DNA from: Syntrophales bacterium
GTDB lineage: Bacteria; Desulfobacterota; Syntrophia; Syntrophales; PHBD01
Direction: 5' to 3'
NCBI GenBank assembly: GCA_963668175.1
Contig: OY764159.1
Coordinates: 1,440,001-1,504,000 of the forward strand
DNA: 64,000 bases
The translations under genes and the position numbers were made by a program. Positions 1 to 10,113 of this stretch are shown here, piece after piece (within the stretch, counting starts at the first letter, position 1; each line of letters begins with the position of its first letter). Below the pieces are notes generated by a model. It had not been told where the DNA came from. It ran no database searches and saw nothing but the letters and a program-made list of their open reading frames with translations.

Positions 1-2
1 TC

Positions 3-473
3 CACAACCGTGCGGATGCCCCGGTTAAAGCCCTCAAGGTCCTGGCGGAGAACGTCGACCTGCAGATTAAGAATATCCTCTTTACCGAGGTGGGAGGTTC
101 AGGCGAGAAGTGGGAAATCAGGGCGGAGACGGCCCAGTACATGAGGAAGGAAAACGTCGTCCTCTTCGATAAGGTATCGGTGAAACTGGTCCTGGAGGAC
201 GGCAAGACGTTCCTCATGACCGGTGACAAGGGCCGTTTCATGACCGCCACGAAAGATATGGACGTCGTCGGCAACGTTGTGATCATTTCCGATCAAGGTG
301 ATCGCTATACAACGGACCATCTCAATTACTCCAACGCGGGCAAGAAAATCTTCACGGACGGCAACGTCATGATGGAGAACGCGCGCATGAAGATCACCGG
401 TGTCGGAATGAACCTGCTTATGCAGGCTAAGGAATTGAAAATATTATCTAAAGTGAAGGTGCAGACCAAGTGA
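3..473 (+). CDS. lptC: LPS export protein LptC (5'-truncated by window edge)
   Basis: Frame is open from base 3; beta-jellyroll-like sequence; lies directly upstream of lptA/lptB. Confidence 0.85.
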   Translation, partial: HNRADAPVKALKVLAENVDLQIKNILFTEVGGSGEKWEIRAETAQYMRKENVVLFDKVSVKLVLEDGKTFLMTGDKGRFMTATKDMDVVGNVVIISDQGDRYTTDHLNYSNAGKKIFTDGNVMMENARMKITGVGMNLLMQAKELKILSKVKVQTK

Positions 474-1075
474 CGGGAGCTTTAGGACGAACAAAGGGGT
501 GTGTCGCAAAGATCAAAATGGCGTCTTTTTTGGCGATTCTCCTGCTCCTTTGCGCTTCGGCCCCGTGTGCCCAGGAGAAGGGACCGGGCAAAAAACCTTT
601 CGAATCGAAAGAACCCATCCAGGTGGTGGCGGACCGCCTTGAAGCCTTCGACGCGGAGAAAATGGTCGTCTTTTCCGGCCACGCCGTGGCTGTCCAGGGC
701 GATAAAGTCATCAAATCCGATAAGATATCTCTTTTTTACAAGAAAGATAAGTCGGCCGAGGCCAAGCCGGCCAAGGCGATGAGCGCGGCGGGCGACCTCG
801 AAAGGATCGAAGCCCGGGGGCATGTGAACATCACCCAGGGGACGAAGGTGGTCACGGGCGAGCTTGCGGTTTACCATCAGGACGAGCAGAAGATCGTCAT
901 GACGGGCAATCCCGTGATGCGCGACGGGAAAAACACGATAACGGGAGATGTCATAACCGTATACTTAAATGAGAGCAGAGGGGTCGTGGAAGGCAGCGGC
1001 GGCAAGAGGCCGTTCTTGACGATTTATCCGGAAGACAAACCGGAAGGAAGCAAGAAGAAGGAAAAGAGTAAATAG
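470..1075 (+). CDS. lptA: LPS transport periplasmic protein LptA (start may be ATG 518)
   Basis: Signal peptide; OstA-like motifs (PIQVVADRLE, FSGHAVAVQGD, MTGNP); synteny. Confidence 0.9.
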   Translation: MTGALGRTKGCVAKIKMASFLAILLLLCASAPCAQEKGPGKKPFESKEPIQVVADRLEAFDAEKMVVFSGHAVAVQGDKVIKSDKISLFYKKDKSAEAKPAKAMSAAGDLERIEARGHVNITQGTKVVTGELAVYHQDEQKIVMTGNPVMRDGKNTITGDVITVYLNESRGVVEGSGGKRPFLTIYPEDKPEGSKKKEKSK

Positions 1076-1115
1076 CCCCGGAGTGAGGTCCGGAAGGGAA
1101 AGACCGAAGGTATTG

Positions 1116-1841
1116 ATGCAGGGGACGCTGTCGGCAAGAGGATTGGTCAAGGTTTACGGAGGCAGGCGGGTCGTCAATTCCCTGGACCTGGATGTCAATA
1201 CCGGGGAGGTCGTGGGGCTTCTGGGACCGAACGGGGCGGGCAAGACGACCACTTTTTACATGATCGTCGGCCTCATCAAACCGGACGGCGGCAGTATTTG
1301 TCTGGACAGCGAGGATATCAGCAGATATCCCATGTACAGGAGGGCCAAGAGAGGGATCAATTACCTGCCCCAGGAACCCTCCATCTTCCGGAAACTGACC
1401 GTCGCCCAGAACGTGATGGCCATCCTGGAAACCATCGAGATGGAAAAGGAGGAACGGCAAGTCCGTCTGGAGCAGCTTCTGGGCGAGCTGGATATCGGGC
1501 ATCTCGCCGGAAATTATGCCTATTCCCTCTCGGGAGGAGAACGCCGCAGGGTGGAAATTACAAGGGCTCTGGTGACGTCGCCGCAGTACATCCTGCTCGA
1601 CGAACCCTTTGCCGGTATCGATCCCCTGGCGGTTGCCGATATTCAGAAGATCGTCCGTAAGCTGAGGTCGAAGGGCATCGGCATTATTATCTCGGACCAT
1701 AACGTCCGGGAGACTTTGTCTGTCTGCGATCGTGCTTATATTATCAACGAGGGCGTCGTTCTGGTCGAAGGCGACCCGGAAACGATCGCCAGCTGCGAAA
1801 TCGCCCGGAAGATATATTTTGGAGAGGATTTCTGCCTGTAA
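1116..1841 (+). CDS. lptB: LPS export ABC ATPase LptB
   Basis: Walker A GPNGAGKTT, YLPQEPSIFRKL, LSGGERRR, DEPFAGIDP. Confidence 0.97.
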   Translation: MQGTLSARGLVKVYGGRRVVNSLDLDVNTGEVVGLLGPNGAGKTTTFYMIVGLIKPDGGSICLDSEDISRYPMYRRAKRGINYLPQEPSIFRKLTVAQNVMAILETIEMEKEERQVRLEQLLGELDIGHLAGNYAYSLSGGERRRVEITRALVTSPQYILLDEPFAGIDPLAVADIQKIVRKLRSKGIGIIISDHNVRETLSVCDRAYIINEGVVLVEGDPETIASCEIARKIYFGEDFCL

Positions 1842-2002
1842 GACGAAAAGGATAGCCTTTCCGCCGCAATGAAATGTGAAATTCGAAGGACTGCCGGCAA
1901 TACGGATGCCGGATTCAAGACCCCGAATACACAGGGCGGATCTCTAAAGGATGAAGGTGTATTTACCGACGTAAAGAGATGTAAAGAATAGGACAGCCGG
2001 AC

Positions 2003-3466
2003 ATGGCCTTGGAACTCAAGCAAAGCCTCAAACTCTCCCAGCAGCTGATCATGACGCCCCAGCTCCAGCAGGCGATCAAGCTGCTTCAGGTATCGAGGCT
2101 GGAACTGATCGACGTCATCAATCAGGAGATGGAGGAGAATCCGCTCCTGGAAGAGGCGGCGCCCGACGATTACGCCACTTCGGACAATATCACGGAAGCG
2201 GACGACGTCAAGACCCAGGACGGCGAAGAGTTCAAGGCGGCCGATCACACCGTTGAACTGACCGGCGAGGGCGACGGCCGGGAGGAGTTCGACTGGGACA
2301 ACTATCTGGAAGACTACGGGTCCATGGGGGTGACCTACGAACGGCGGGACGGGGAAGCCCCTGCCTGGGACAATATTCTGACGGCCAAACAGTCGCTGAC
2401 GGATCACCTCATGTGGCAGTTGAAACTGTCGCCCCTGAACGAAAAGGAGATGGCCGTCGGCGAGCAGATCATCTGTAATCTCGACCAGAACGGCTATCTC
2501 GTGGCCACGCCGGAGGATATCATCTGCCAGACCGGCGTCGACGAGGCCTTCGTCGAACAGGTCCTGAAGAAGATCCAGGAATTCGACCCCCCGGGTGTGG
2601 CGGCCAGGGATCTCAAGGAATGCCTGCTCATCCAGGCCCGCGTCCTGGGCGTATCGAGTCCTATCGTCGAGGCGATCATCAAGGACCATCTCAAGGAACT
2701 GGAGCTCAAAAACTACTCGCAGATCGCCCGGCGGTTGAAAGTGCCTCTCGCGGACGTTCTTCTCGCCGTTTCCGTCATCACCAACATGGACCCCAAGCCG
2801 GGCAGTCTGTACAACGAAGAGAGGATAGAAAGCGTCATTCCCGACGTCTATGTATTCAAAATGGGCGAGGAATACAAGATCCTCCTGAACGACGACGGCC
2901 TGCCGAGGCTCCGCATCAGCAACTTCTACAAGGAAATCATGGCGGGCCTGAGCGGCGATTCGAGGACGACCGACAACAAAAAGTACATCAAGGAGAGGGT
3001 CCAGGCGGCGACGTGGCTCATCAAGAGCATCCAGCAGCGGCAAAATACCATCTATAAGGTCGCGGAGTCCATCCTGAAATACCAGCGCGATTTTTTCGAC
3101 AGGGGGATCAATTGCTTGAAGCCCCTGGTGCTGCGGGATATTGCCGAGGACGTCGAGATGCATGAATCCACGATCAGCCGGGTTGTGGCCAACAAGTACA
3201 TGCACACCCCCCGCGGTATATTCGTGATGAAATACTTCTTCAGTTCGAGCATCAACACCACCGCAGGCGAGACGATCGCCTCCAAGAGCGTCAAGGAGGA
3301 CATCAAGAAGATCATCAGCGAAGAAGACCCCGCCAAGCCCTATAACGACAGCGAGATTGTCGAAAAGCTCGCCAAATCGGGGGTTTCCATAGCCCGCCGG
3401 ACCGTCGCCAAATATCGGGAGATGATGGGGATTCTTCCTTCGTCGCGGCGGAAGAAGTACGTTTGA
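2003..3466 (+). CDS. rpoN: RNA polymerase sigma-54 factor
   Basis: Region I TPQLQQAIKLLQ, HESTISR, RpoN box ARRTVAKYRE. Confidence 0.99.
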   Translation: MALELKQSLKLSQQLIMTPQLQQAIKLLQVSRLELIDVINQEMEENPLLEEAAPDDYATSDNITEADDVKTQDGEEFKAADHTVELTGEGDGREEFDWDNYLEDYGSMGVTYERRDGEAPAWDNILTAKQSLTDHLMWQLKLSPLNEKEMAVGEQIICNLDQNGYLVATPEDIICQTGVDEAFVEQVLKKIQEFDPPGVAARDLKECLLIQARVLGVSSPIVEAIIKDHLKELELKNYSQIARRLKVPLADVLLAVSVITNMDPKPGSLYNEERIESVIPDVYVFKMGEEYKILLNDDGLPRLRISNFYKEIMAGLSGDSRTTDNKKYIKERVQAATWLIKSIQQRQNTIYKVAESILKYQRDFFDRGINCLKPLVLRDIAEDVEMHESTISRVVANKYMHTPRGIFVMKYFFSSSINTTAGETIASKSVKEDIKKIISEEDPAKPYNDSEIVEKLAKSGVSIARRTVAKYREMMGILPSSRRKKYV

Positions 3467-3528
3467 AACCGGTTTCGGCCCCGGAGTCGCACCCGGCCGT
3501 CCGAAAACCACAACCGTGAGGAAAAGAG

Positions 3529-3557
3529 TTGACATTTTCATCAATCGCCACTATATG
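3529..3557 (+). promoter_or_regulatory. Putative sigma70 promoter of hpf
   Basis: TTGACA-17 nt-TATATG. Confidence 0.45.
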
Positions 3558-3640
3558 ACGCCCCTTTCTTTTTCGACCATGGGCTACGGATTACGCTCCG
3601 GAAAAGTGAGCTCGATATAAACAGCAGGAGGAGGATACAA

Positions 3641-4183
3641 ATGAAAATATCGGTGACACTGAAAAACACGGCTGAAGGGGAAACTTGGCACAAGGAATAT
3701 GTCGATGACAGGCTGCAAAAACTGAAGAAGTACGTCGATCAGCCGGTGGAAGCTTATGTGGTGCTGTCCGTGGAAAAATTCAGGAACGTGGCGGAAATCA
3801 ATCTCGTATTCAACGGTTTGAATGTCAACACCAAGGACGAAGCGAAGGATATGCACCTGGCCATCGACAACGCCGTGGATAAAATCGAACGTCAACTGAA
3901 GAAACATAAAGAGAAAATCCGTGCCCATAAGGCCAACGGGACCAAGGCGGGCGAGCTTACGGAACTGGAATCTCCTGCGGAGGAGATGGAAGAGACAAGG
4001 GAAGCGAAAATAGGCGAAACCAGAAAAATTGTACTGAAACCCATGTCGGTCGACGATGCGATCATGCAGATGGAGACAACGAAAAACCGTTTCATCGTCT
4101 ACAGGGACTCCTCGACGGAACTGGTCAGCGTCATGTACCGGCGGGACGACGGCAAATTCGGCCTCATCGAAACCAACGGCTGA
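3641..4183 (+). CDS. hpf: Ribosome hibernation promoting factor, long form
   Basis: DMHLAIDNAVDKIERQLKKHKEK; C-terminal KPMSVDDA...YRRDDGKFGLIE; RBS AGGAGG. Confidence 0.95.
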   Translation: MKISVTLKNTAEGETWHKEYVDDRLQKLKKYVDQPVEAYVVLSVEKFRNVAEINLVFNGLNVNTKDEAKDMHLAIDNAVDKIERQLKKHKEKIRAHKANGTKAGELTELESPAEEMEETREAKIGETRKIVLKPMSVDDAIMQMETTKNRFIVYRDSSTELVSVMYRRDDGKFGLIETNG

Positions 4184-4222
4184 CCCCTCTTTCCGTTCGC
4201 TGTTTTACACGACTGAATCTCG

Positions 4223-4251
4223 CAGAGGCGGGTTGATCCCGCCTTTGTTTT
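4223..4251 (+). terminator. Intrinsic terminator after hpf
   Basis: CAGAGGCGGG/CCCGCCTTTG stem followed by T run. Confidence 0.6.
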
Positions 4252-4286
4252 GGCCGGAGAAAAAGACATTCATCGGATTAAGAAAT

Positions 4287-4748
4287 ATGAAAATTAAGGA
4301 TATATTCAAGAAAGAGTTCATCATCGAGGAGTTGGAGGCCAAGACCAAACGGGATGTTCTGCTCGAATTGTCGACGGCCTTCCTCAGAGGGCCTTACACC
4401 TTCGACGGCAACCGCGTCGTGGAGATCCTCCTGAACCGTGAAAAGCTGGGAAGCACGGGCATCGGCGACGGGATAGCCATCCCTCACGGCAAACTCGACG
4501 ATCTCACCGAACTGGTCCTGGCTTTCGGAAGGAGTACCGGCGGCATCGATTTTCAAGCCATGGACGGCAGGCCGGTTCACCTCTTCTTTTTGCTGATAGC
4601 CCCCGAGAATTCGGAAGGCCAGTATCTGAAGGCCCTGGCCAAGATATCGCGGATGCTCAAAGATGCGTCCTTCCGCAAGCGGCTGATGGATGCCGCCACC
4701 GCTGCGGAGCTGCACCGGATCGTCATCGATAAGGACCGTGACGACTGA
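4287..4748 (+). CDS. ptsN: PTS EIIA(Ntr)-like protein
   Basis: REKLGSTGIGDGIAIPHGK phospho-His motif; in rpoN cluster. Confidence 0.93.
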   Translation: MKIKDIFKKEFIIEELEAKTKRDVLLELSTAFLRGPYTFDGNRVVEILLNREKLGSTGIGDGIAIPHGKLDDLTELVLAFGRSTGGIDFQAMDGRPVHLFFLLIAPENSEGQYLKALAKISRMLKDASFRKRLMDAATAAELHRIVIDKDRDD

Positions 4749-4789
4749 TCTCGCCGGACCTTCGTGCGGCTGTTTCAGCGCAGCAGGGA

Positions 4790-5680
4790 GTGCACGGCAT
4801 CCGGGACAACCTTAAAACCGAGGTTTCCAACGTGCAGGGAACGACAGTCGCGAAACTTCTCAAGGGATCGAAAATTCGCCTGGGTATCGACCGGATAGCC
4901 CGGCATCCCGGCTTCGACCGGCCGCTTGGCATGGCCCGGATCGGCCGCTTTTCCATATCCCCGACCGGCGGCCGTGAGGGAAGGCCGGTCGTGACCATCC
5001 TGGATGCGGCCCAGGTCCCGAACAGCGCCGGCATGGCGGCATCGCCGGTGTTCGGCGATATCCCCGCGGCCGCAGTCTGTCTCGCCATACCTTACGCCGC
5101 GTCGCAGCCCGCCGACATCATCGACGCCTTCCGCCGGTTCGACCTGCCGTGCTTTACATCCTTTTTCGACGAATATCTCCTGGAATCAAGACTCATATCG
5201 CTCTGCCGCGAGAAAATCGACCTTTGCACAACGATACAGGGGACGCTCGTCCGCCTGTTCAGCCGGGGCGTTTTGCTCACCGGCGAGAGCGGAACGGGAA
5301 AAACGGCCTGCGCCATCCGCCTTGCCCGCAAGGGCCACGACTGGGTGGCCGACGATGTCGTCGCGTTAAAAAAAGAAAAAGACGGAACGCTTTGCGGTCG
5401 CGCCCATCCGAGAATCGCCGGATTCATAGGTGTCCGCGGAGAGGGGGCCGTACGGGCCGACAAAGTGCTCCCGCCCGGCAGTATCCTCGAAGAAACATCC
5501 GTCGATCTGGTGGTCTCTTTTGTCCGGGAACAGGTTCCGGAGGCGGGACGAATCTCTTTTCGGAGGATTATGGGTAAGAAACTGCCGCAGCTCGAAATGC
5601 CGTGTTCGCTCGATGCGTCTGCGCTGGATTCGCAAATCGAGAGGCAAGTGGTGTTGATGGTTCATAGGGGGGAGGAATGA
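4790..5680 (+). CDS. hprK: Divergent HPr kinase/phosphorylase-like protein
   Basis: [13 protein letters not shown]alker A and VADDVV; position between ptsN and rapZ; several signature residues altered; start uncertain. Confidence 0.65.
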   Translation: MHGIRDNLKTEVSNVQGTTVAKLLKGSKIRLGIDRIARHPGFDRPLGMARIGRFSISPTGGREGRPVVTILDAAQVPNSAGMAASPVFGDIPAAAVCLAIPYAASQPADIIDAFRRFDLPCFTSFFDEYLLESRLISLCREKIDLCTTIQGTLVRLFSRGVLLTGESGTGKTACAIRLARKGHDWVADDVVALKKEKDGTLCGRAHPRIAGFIGVRGEGAVRADKVLPPGSILEETSVDLVVSFVREQVPEAGRISFRRIMGKKLPQLEMPCSLDASALDSQIERQVVLMVHRGEE

Positions 5681-6546
5681 TGAGAAACATCAGGGTTTTG
5701 ATCATCACGGGGCTCTCCGGATCGGGCAAGAGTACCGCGATCCGGGCATTGGAAGACATCGGTTTCTTCTGCGTCGACAACCTGCCGGTCGTTCTGCTGC
5801 CTGATTTTCTGGAAATTCAGGCAGCTCCCGATAAGGATATCTCGCAGGTGGCCATGGTCATGGACCTGCGCGAGAAGGGGTTCATCGAGCAGTACCCGGA
5901 GATTTTCAAACGGTTACAGGAGAAGGGGTATCGGATCGAAGTCCTCTTTCTCGATTCGACGGACGAGGCCCTTCTCCACCGATTCAGCGAGACGAGGCGC
6001 GTCCATCCCATGGGCACCAAGGGGTCCATCCTCGACGGTATTCTCCTGGAGCGGGAAAAACTGGCGCCGCTGAAGCAGATGGCGGAAAGGGTGATCGATA
6101 CGAGTTCCCTGAACGTCCACCAGTTGAAAGACACGATCCAGCGCCTGTATCTGTCTTCCGATCGGCAAATCAAACTGGCGGTCAACATCTATTCGTTCGG
6201 CTACCGATACGGCATTCCCGCCGACGCCGATCTGGTCTTCGACGTCCGTTTCCTCCAGAACCCCTATTTCGTGGAGGAACTGAAGCATTTGACCGGCAAC
6301 GACCCCCGCGTGCGGGACTATGTCCTGGAGTTTAACGAAGGCAGGACGTTCATCCTGAAACTCTTCGACCTCATGACGTTTCTCGTGCCGCTTTACGACC
6401 GCGAGGGAAAATCGCGCCTCTGCATCGCCATGGGCTGCACCGGCGGAAAGCACCGTTCCGTCGTCATGGCCAATATGATCGCCACCTACTTTGCGGAACA
6501 CGCGTATCCCGTGAGCGTCACCCACCGGGACGTGGACAAGTCCTGA
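5677..6546 (+). CDS. rapZ: RNase adapter RapZ / YvcJ P-loop protein
   Basis: [34 protein letters not shown]. Confidence 0.97.
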   Translation: MMRNIRVLIITGLSGSGKSTAIRALEDIGFFCVDNLPVVLLPDFLEIQAAPDKDISQVAMVMDLREKGFIEQYPEIFKRLQEKGYRIEVLFLDSTDEALLHRFSETRRVHPMGTKGSILDGILLEREKLAPLKQMAERVIDTSSLNVHQLKDTIQRLYLSSDRQIKLAVNIYSFGYRYGIPADADLVFDVRFLQNPYFVEELKHLTGNDPRVRDYVLEFNEGRTFILKLFDLMTFLVPLYDREGKSRLCIAMGCTGGKHRSVVMANMIATYFAEHAYPVSVTHRDVDKS

Positions 6547-6559
6547 CACCGCCACCCCG

Positions 6560-7894
6560 CTACTGGGCCGCTGCCTGAATCTTCTTCGTCACATTGTCGG
6601 CGATCCAGTGCGCGTCCCACCACTCCACCGGATTGACGAACTCGCCGCTTACTAAAATGGAGAAGTGGAGATGATCGCCGCCGGCAAAGCCGGTTGCGCC
6701 GCTCCGGCCGATGACGTCGCCTTTCTTGACAGATGTCCCCGGTTTTGTGGAGACGGACGACATATGGCCGTAGAGACTGAAGATACCGAAACCGTGGTCG
6801 ATGATTACGATGTTGCCGTAAATGCCCATCGGACCCGTGAAGACCACGGTACCGCCGTTGCTTGCCTCGATGGGGGCCTGGGCCGTGGAGGCCAGATCCA
6901 CCCCCAGGTGGATGCTCTCTCCGGCGGACTTGCCGTTATATAGGTAGGTTCGGCTATCGCCGTACAGGGCCATCGGGGAGGCATTCTTCATGCGGAGGAA
7001 AGGCCCGTCCCAAAGTTGCCGGGGTTCCGATTTCCGGCAGAGTTCCTGGATGGCCTTCGTGTTTTCATCCCGCATCTTGGAATTGACGGTCACAAAGACA
7101 TCGATAGGCGTCTTGCCGCGAAGCTCCGGGTAAGCGACCTGAAAATCGCCCATCTTCTGGAGGAAGGTGTCCGACAGGTTGACTTTGTCGCCGCGGAATT
7201 TCTTGTCGAGGATCAGGCTGGGCAGGCCTGCCGAGGCGCTGTTTCCCGCCGTGTCGCTGGCCGTCACCGTAATCGGCGTCTGGCCGTTTCTGGCCTTCAT
7301 GGAGAGGGCGAAATAGGCGATCATGCATGGTTTGCCCGAAACGGTCGTGGCGTAACCCGGGAAGAAACGGTTCTCCGTCATAACACCGCTGACGGAGACG
7401 GGTTTGGAGACCCGGTACAGCACGACGCCCGTGCCGCCGGGGCTGATATTGTTCACCGATCCAAACGTAATCTGAATCTGCGGCGGCATCAGGTCGATCG
7501 TTACCGGACGGGTGACGATCGTTTGGTTTTTCCACAGGGAATAGTCGACGGCCGTTACCGCTAACGTGGCCGGCCCTTCCTTCAGTTTAAGGGCCATCGC
7601 ATCGACCGTAACGGAGACCGTTTTCTGATACAATCCCCGGTTGGGGTATTCGAAGGAAGCCAGGGGATAGGCCTTGTTGTCCTGGATGATCGTGATGGCC
7701 GTCGAACGCAGACCGCTGCGTTGGTCGCCGAAGGAAACGTCGATGATTTTCTGCCGGCCGACGACGCTGACGTCCTGCGCAAACTGAACGGAAGGCTTTT
7801 CGAATTCGCCGTAAGTCAGGAAGAAGAAGCACCCCGCCGCAACGATAACGATGACGGCGACGACCATCATGGACCATCTGTATGTTTTGATCAT
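6560..7894 (-). CDS. M23 family metallopeptidase, membrane-anchored
   Basis: HLGVD (HxxxD), YGH and HLH motifs; N-terminal TM helix. Confidence 0.9.
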   Translation of the reverse strand: MIKTYRWSMMVVAVIVIVAAGCFFFLTYGEFEKPSVQFAQDVSVVGRQKIIDVSFGDQRSGLRSTAITIIQDNKAYPLASFEYPNRGLYQKTVSVTVDAMALKLKEGPATLAVTAVDYSLWKNQTIVTRPVTIDLMPPQIQITFGSVNNISPGGTGVVLYRVSKPVSVSGVMTENRFFPGYATTVSGKPCMIAYFALSMKARNGQTPITVTASDTAGNSASAGLPSLILDKKFRGDKVNLSDTFLQKMGDFQVAYPELRGKTPIDVFVTVNSKMRDENTKAIQELCRKSEPRQLWDGPFLRMKNASPMALYGDSRTYLYNGKSAGESIHLGVDLASTAQAPIEASNGGTVVFTGPMGIYGNIVIIDHGFGIFSLYGHMSSVSTKPGTSVKKGDVIGRSGATGFAGGDHLHFSILVSGEFVNPVEWWDAHWIADNVTKKIQAAAQ

Positions 7895-7982
7895 ATTTCG
7901 GACCCTCGTTTTTTGCCCTCCTATAATGGTTTTTTGCCCGCTTGGCAAGGCCTAACGCAAAGGGCCCGCCGCTTAGAATTCC

Positions 7983-8011
7983 TTGATATTGAGCCGGATA
8001 ATTGCTATATT
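7983..8011 (+). promoter_or_regulatory. sigma70 promoter of coaBC
   Basis: TTGATA-17 nt-TATATT with extended -10 TG. Confidence 0.6.
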
Positions 8012-8052
8012 TTTAACTTATAGGGAATATATCCTACGGGAGGGAGTCGGCC

Positions 8053-9249
8053 ATGCTGACCGGTAAAAAGATCGTTCTGGGGGTAACGGGGGGCATCGCC
8101 GCTTACAAAGCGGCGGAGCTGACCAGGGAATTTGTGAAGCAGGGGGCGCAGGTCAAAGTGATCATGACGAAAAACGCCGCCGAATTCATTACGCCGCTGA
8201 CCCTCCAGACCCTTTCCAACCAGCCGGTCTTTACCGAGATGTTCTCCCTGACCCGGGAACACGATATCGCCCATATTTCCCTTGCGGAATACGGCGACCT
8301 GATCGTCGTCGCCCCGGCCACGGCCAACGTGATCGGCAAGATCGCGGCGGGGATTGCCGATGATCTGCTGACGACGGTCGTCATGGCCGCCAGGACACCC
8401 GTGATGTTCGCCCCGGCGATGAACGTCCATATGTACGGCAATCCGATTTTTAAAGAGAACGTCGAGAAGCTGACCGCCCGGGGATACCGTTTCATGGAAC
8501 CCGGCTACGGGGAGCTCGCCTGCAAGACGGAAGGCCAGGGACGTCTGCCCGATATCGGAGAAATCGTCGACGAGGCCTTGTCCATCCTGACTACGAAAGA
8601 TTTAGAGGGCGAGACGGTCCTGGTGACGGCCGGTCCGACCCGGGAGCCCTTCGACCCGGTCCGTTTCATCACCAACTACTCTTCCGGCAAAATGGGGTAC
8701 GCCATTGCCGCCAAAGCCAGGCATCGCGGGGCGAATGTCATCCTCGTGAGCGGCCCGGCCTCGCTCCCCGTGCCCCGGGGTGTCCGGTTCGTTTCCGTAT
8801 CGAGCGCGCTGGAGATGCGGGATACAGTCATGGCCCATCTGCCGGAAGCGACGGTCGTCGTCAAGGCCGCCGCCGTGGCCGATTACCGCCCGGCCCTGCG
8901 GTCGGAGTCCAAGATCAAGAAGAAGGCGGGTCCTTTGACGTTATCGCTTGAGCGCAATCCCGATATTATCGCCGAAATAGGGAAGAAGAAGGGAAACCGA
9001 ATCCTCGTGGGGTTCGCCATGGAGTCGGAGAATCTTGTCGATTACGCCACGGAAAAGATGGTGAATAAGAACATGGACTTTATCGTGGCCAACGACCTTA
9101 CAGAGGAGGGCGCGGGGTTCTGTACGGATACCAACGTAATCAATATCATCGCCCGTGACGGGAAGATGGAGCGCCTGCCCCTGATGAGCAAAACGGCGGT
9201 TGCGGACCGCATCCTAGACCGGGTAAAGGGTCTGATCGATAAGCGATGA
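8053..9249 (+). CDS. coaBC: Phosphopantothenoylcysteine decarboxylase/synthetase
   Basis: GVTGGIAAYK, PAMN, TAGPTREPFDPVRFITNYSSGKMG. Confidence 0.98.
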   Translation: MLTGKKIVLGVTGGIAAYKAAELTREFVKQGAQVKVIMTKNAAEFITPLTLQTLSNQPVFTEMFSLTREHDIAHISLAEYGDLIVVAPATANVIGKIAAGIADDLLTTVVMAARTPVMFAPAMNVHMYGNPIFKENVEKLTARGYRFMEPGYGELACKTEGQGRLPDIGEIVDEALSILTTKDLEGETVLVTAGPTREPFDPVRFITNYSSGKMGYAIAAKARHRGANVILVSGPASLPVPRGVRFVSVSSALEMRDTVMAHLPEATVVVKAAAVADYRPALRSESKIKKKAGPLTLSLERNPDIIAEIGKKKGNRILVGFAMESENLVDYATEKMVNKNMDFIVANDLTEEGAGFCTDTNVINIIARDGKMERLPLMSKTAVADRILDRVKGLIDKR

Positions 9250-10019
9250 GCGAAGAGGCCGCGAATAAAAGAGAAGAAGCCAGGGAAGAACTCCTCGCGA
9301 TGGTGAGGAGCCTCTCCGAGTGTGTCCGGGCCGGAAACGAATCGAGGTGTAAACTGCCCTTTCTCAAGATACAGGCCGCGGACGCCGGCCCCCGGGCCGT
9401 TCCGCCGGAAACCCTGCTGCCGCCGGAACCGGAGGCGGCGATGGAAACAGAAACGGAAACGTATGCGGATACGGAAACGCTGGATGCCCTGCGTGCCCGG
9501 TTCGGCGATTGCCACCGGTGCCCGCTGGGAAAAACCAGGACCCATTTCGTCTTCGGCGAGGGCGATCCCCGCGCCGACCTGGTCTTTGTAGGAGAAGCTC
9601 CCGGGGCCGACGAAGACAGACTGGGCAGGCCGTTTGTCGGCCGGGCCGGCCAATTGCTCACGAAGATCATCGAAGCGATGAAACTTTCCCGAGACAAGGT
9701 CTATATCTGCAATATCCTGAAGTGCCGTCCCCCGGGCAACCGGAATCCAGCGCCTGCTGAGATTTCCGCCTGCGAGCCGGTCCTCATCAAACAGCTCGAA
9801 ATCATCAAACCAAAGGTCATCTGCGCCCTCGGCACCTTTGCCGCCAAGACCCTTCTTAAGACCGAGGCCCCGATCACGATCCTGCGGGGGCGCTTCCACG
9901 ACTACCACGGCATCAAGCTGATGCCGACCTATCATCCGGCATACCTGTTGCGGAATCCCGGGGCCAAAAAGCAGGTGTGGGAAGATGTCCAGGTGATCAT
10001 GCAGGAATTGGGGATTTAA
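9246..10019 (+). CDS. Uracil-DNA glycosylase family 4 (Fe-S)
   Basis: CHRCPL, GEAPG, KCRPPGNR, YHPAYLLR. Confidence 0.95.
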   Translation: MSEEAANKREEAREELLAMVRSLSECVRAGNESRCKLPFLKIQAADAGPRAVPPETLLPPEPEAAMETETETYADTETLDALRARFGDCHRCPLGKTRTHFVFGEGDPRADLVFVGEAPGADEDRLGRPFVGRAGQLLTKIIEAMKLSRDKVYICNILKCRPPGNRNPAPAEISACEPVLIKQLEIIKPKVICALGTFAAKTLLKTEAPITILRGRFHDYHGIKLMPTYHPAYLLRNPGAKKQVWEDVQVIMQELGI

Positions 10020-10113
10020 TGGCAAGAATAATCGCCGGCGGGGATTCCCGCCCGGCGGAAGCCGGTTTTACGAAGATTTCGTAGGGACGGCGCCCGGTTC
10101 ACGGAGGTCATTT

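Noticed and set aside
1736..3544. Long antisense ORFs here and opposite the kinases, mutS and MCPs
   Set aside because: Expected from high-GC codon bias; no recognisable motifs
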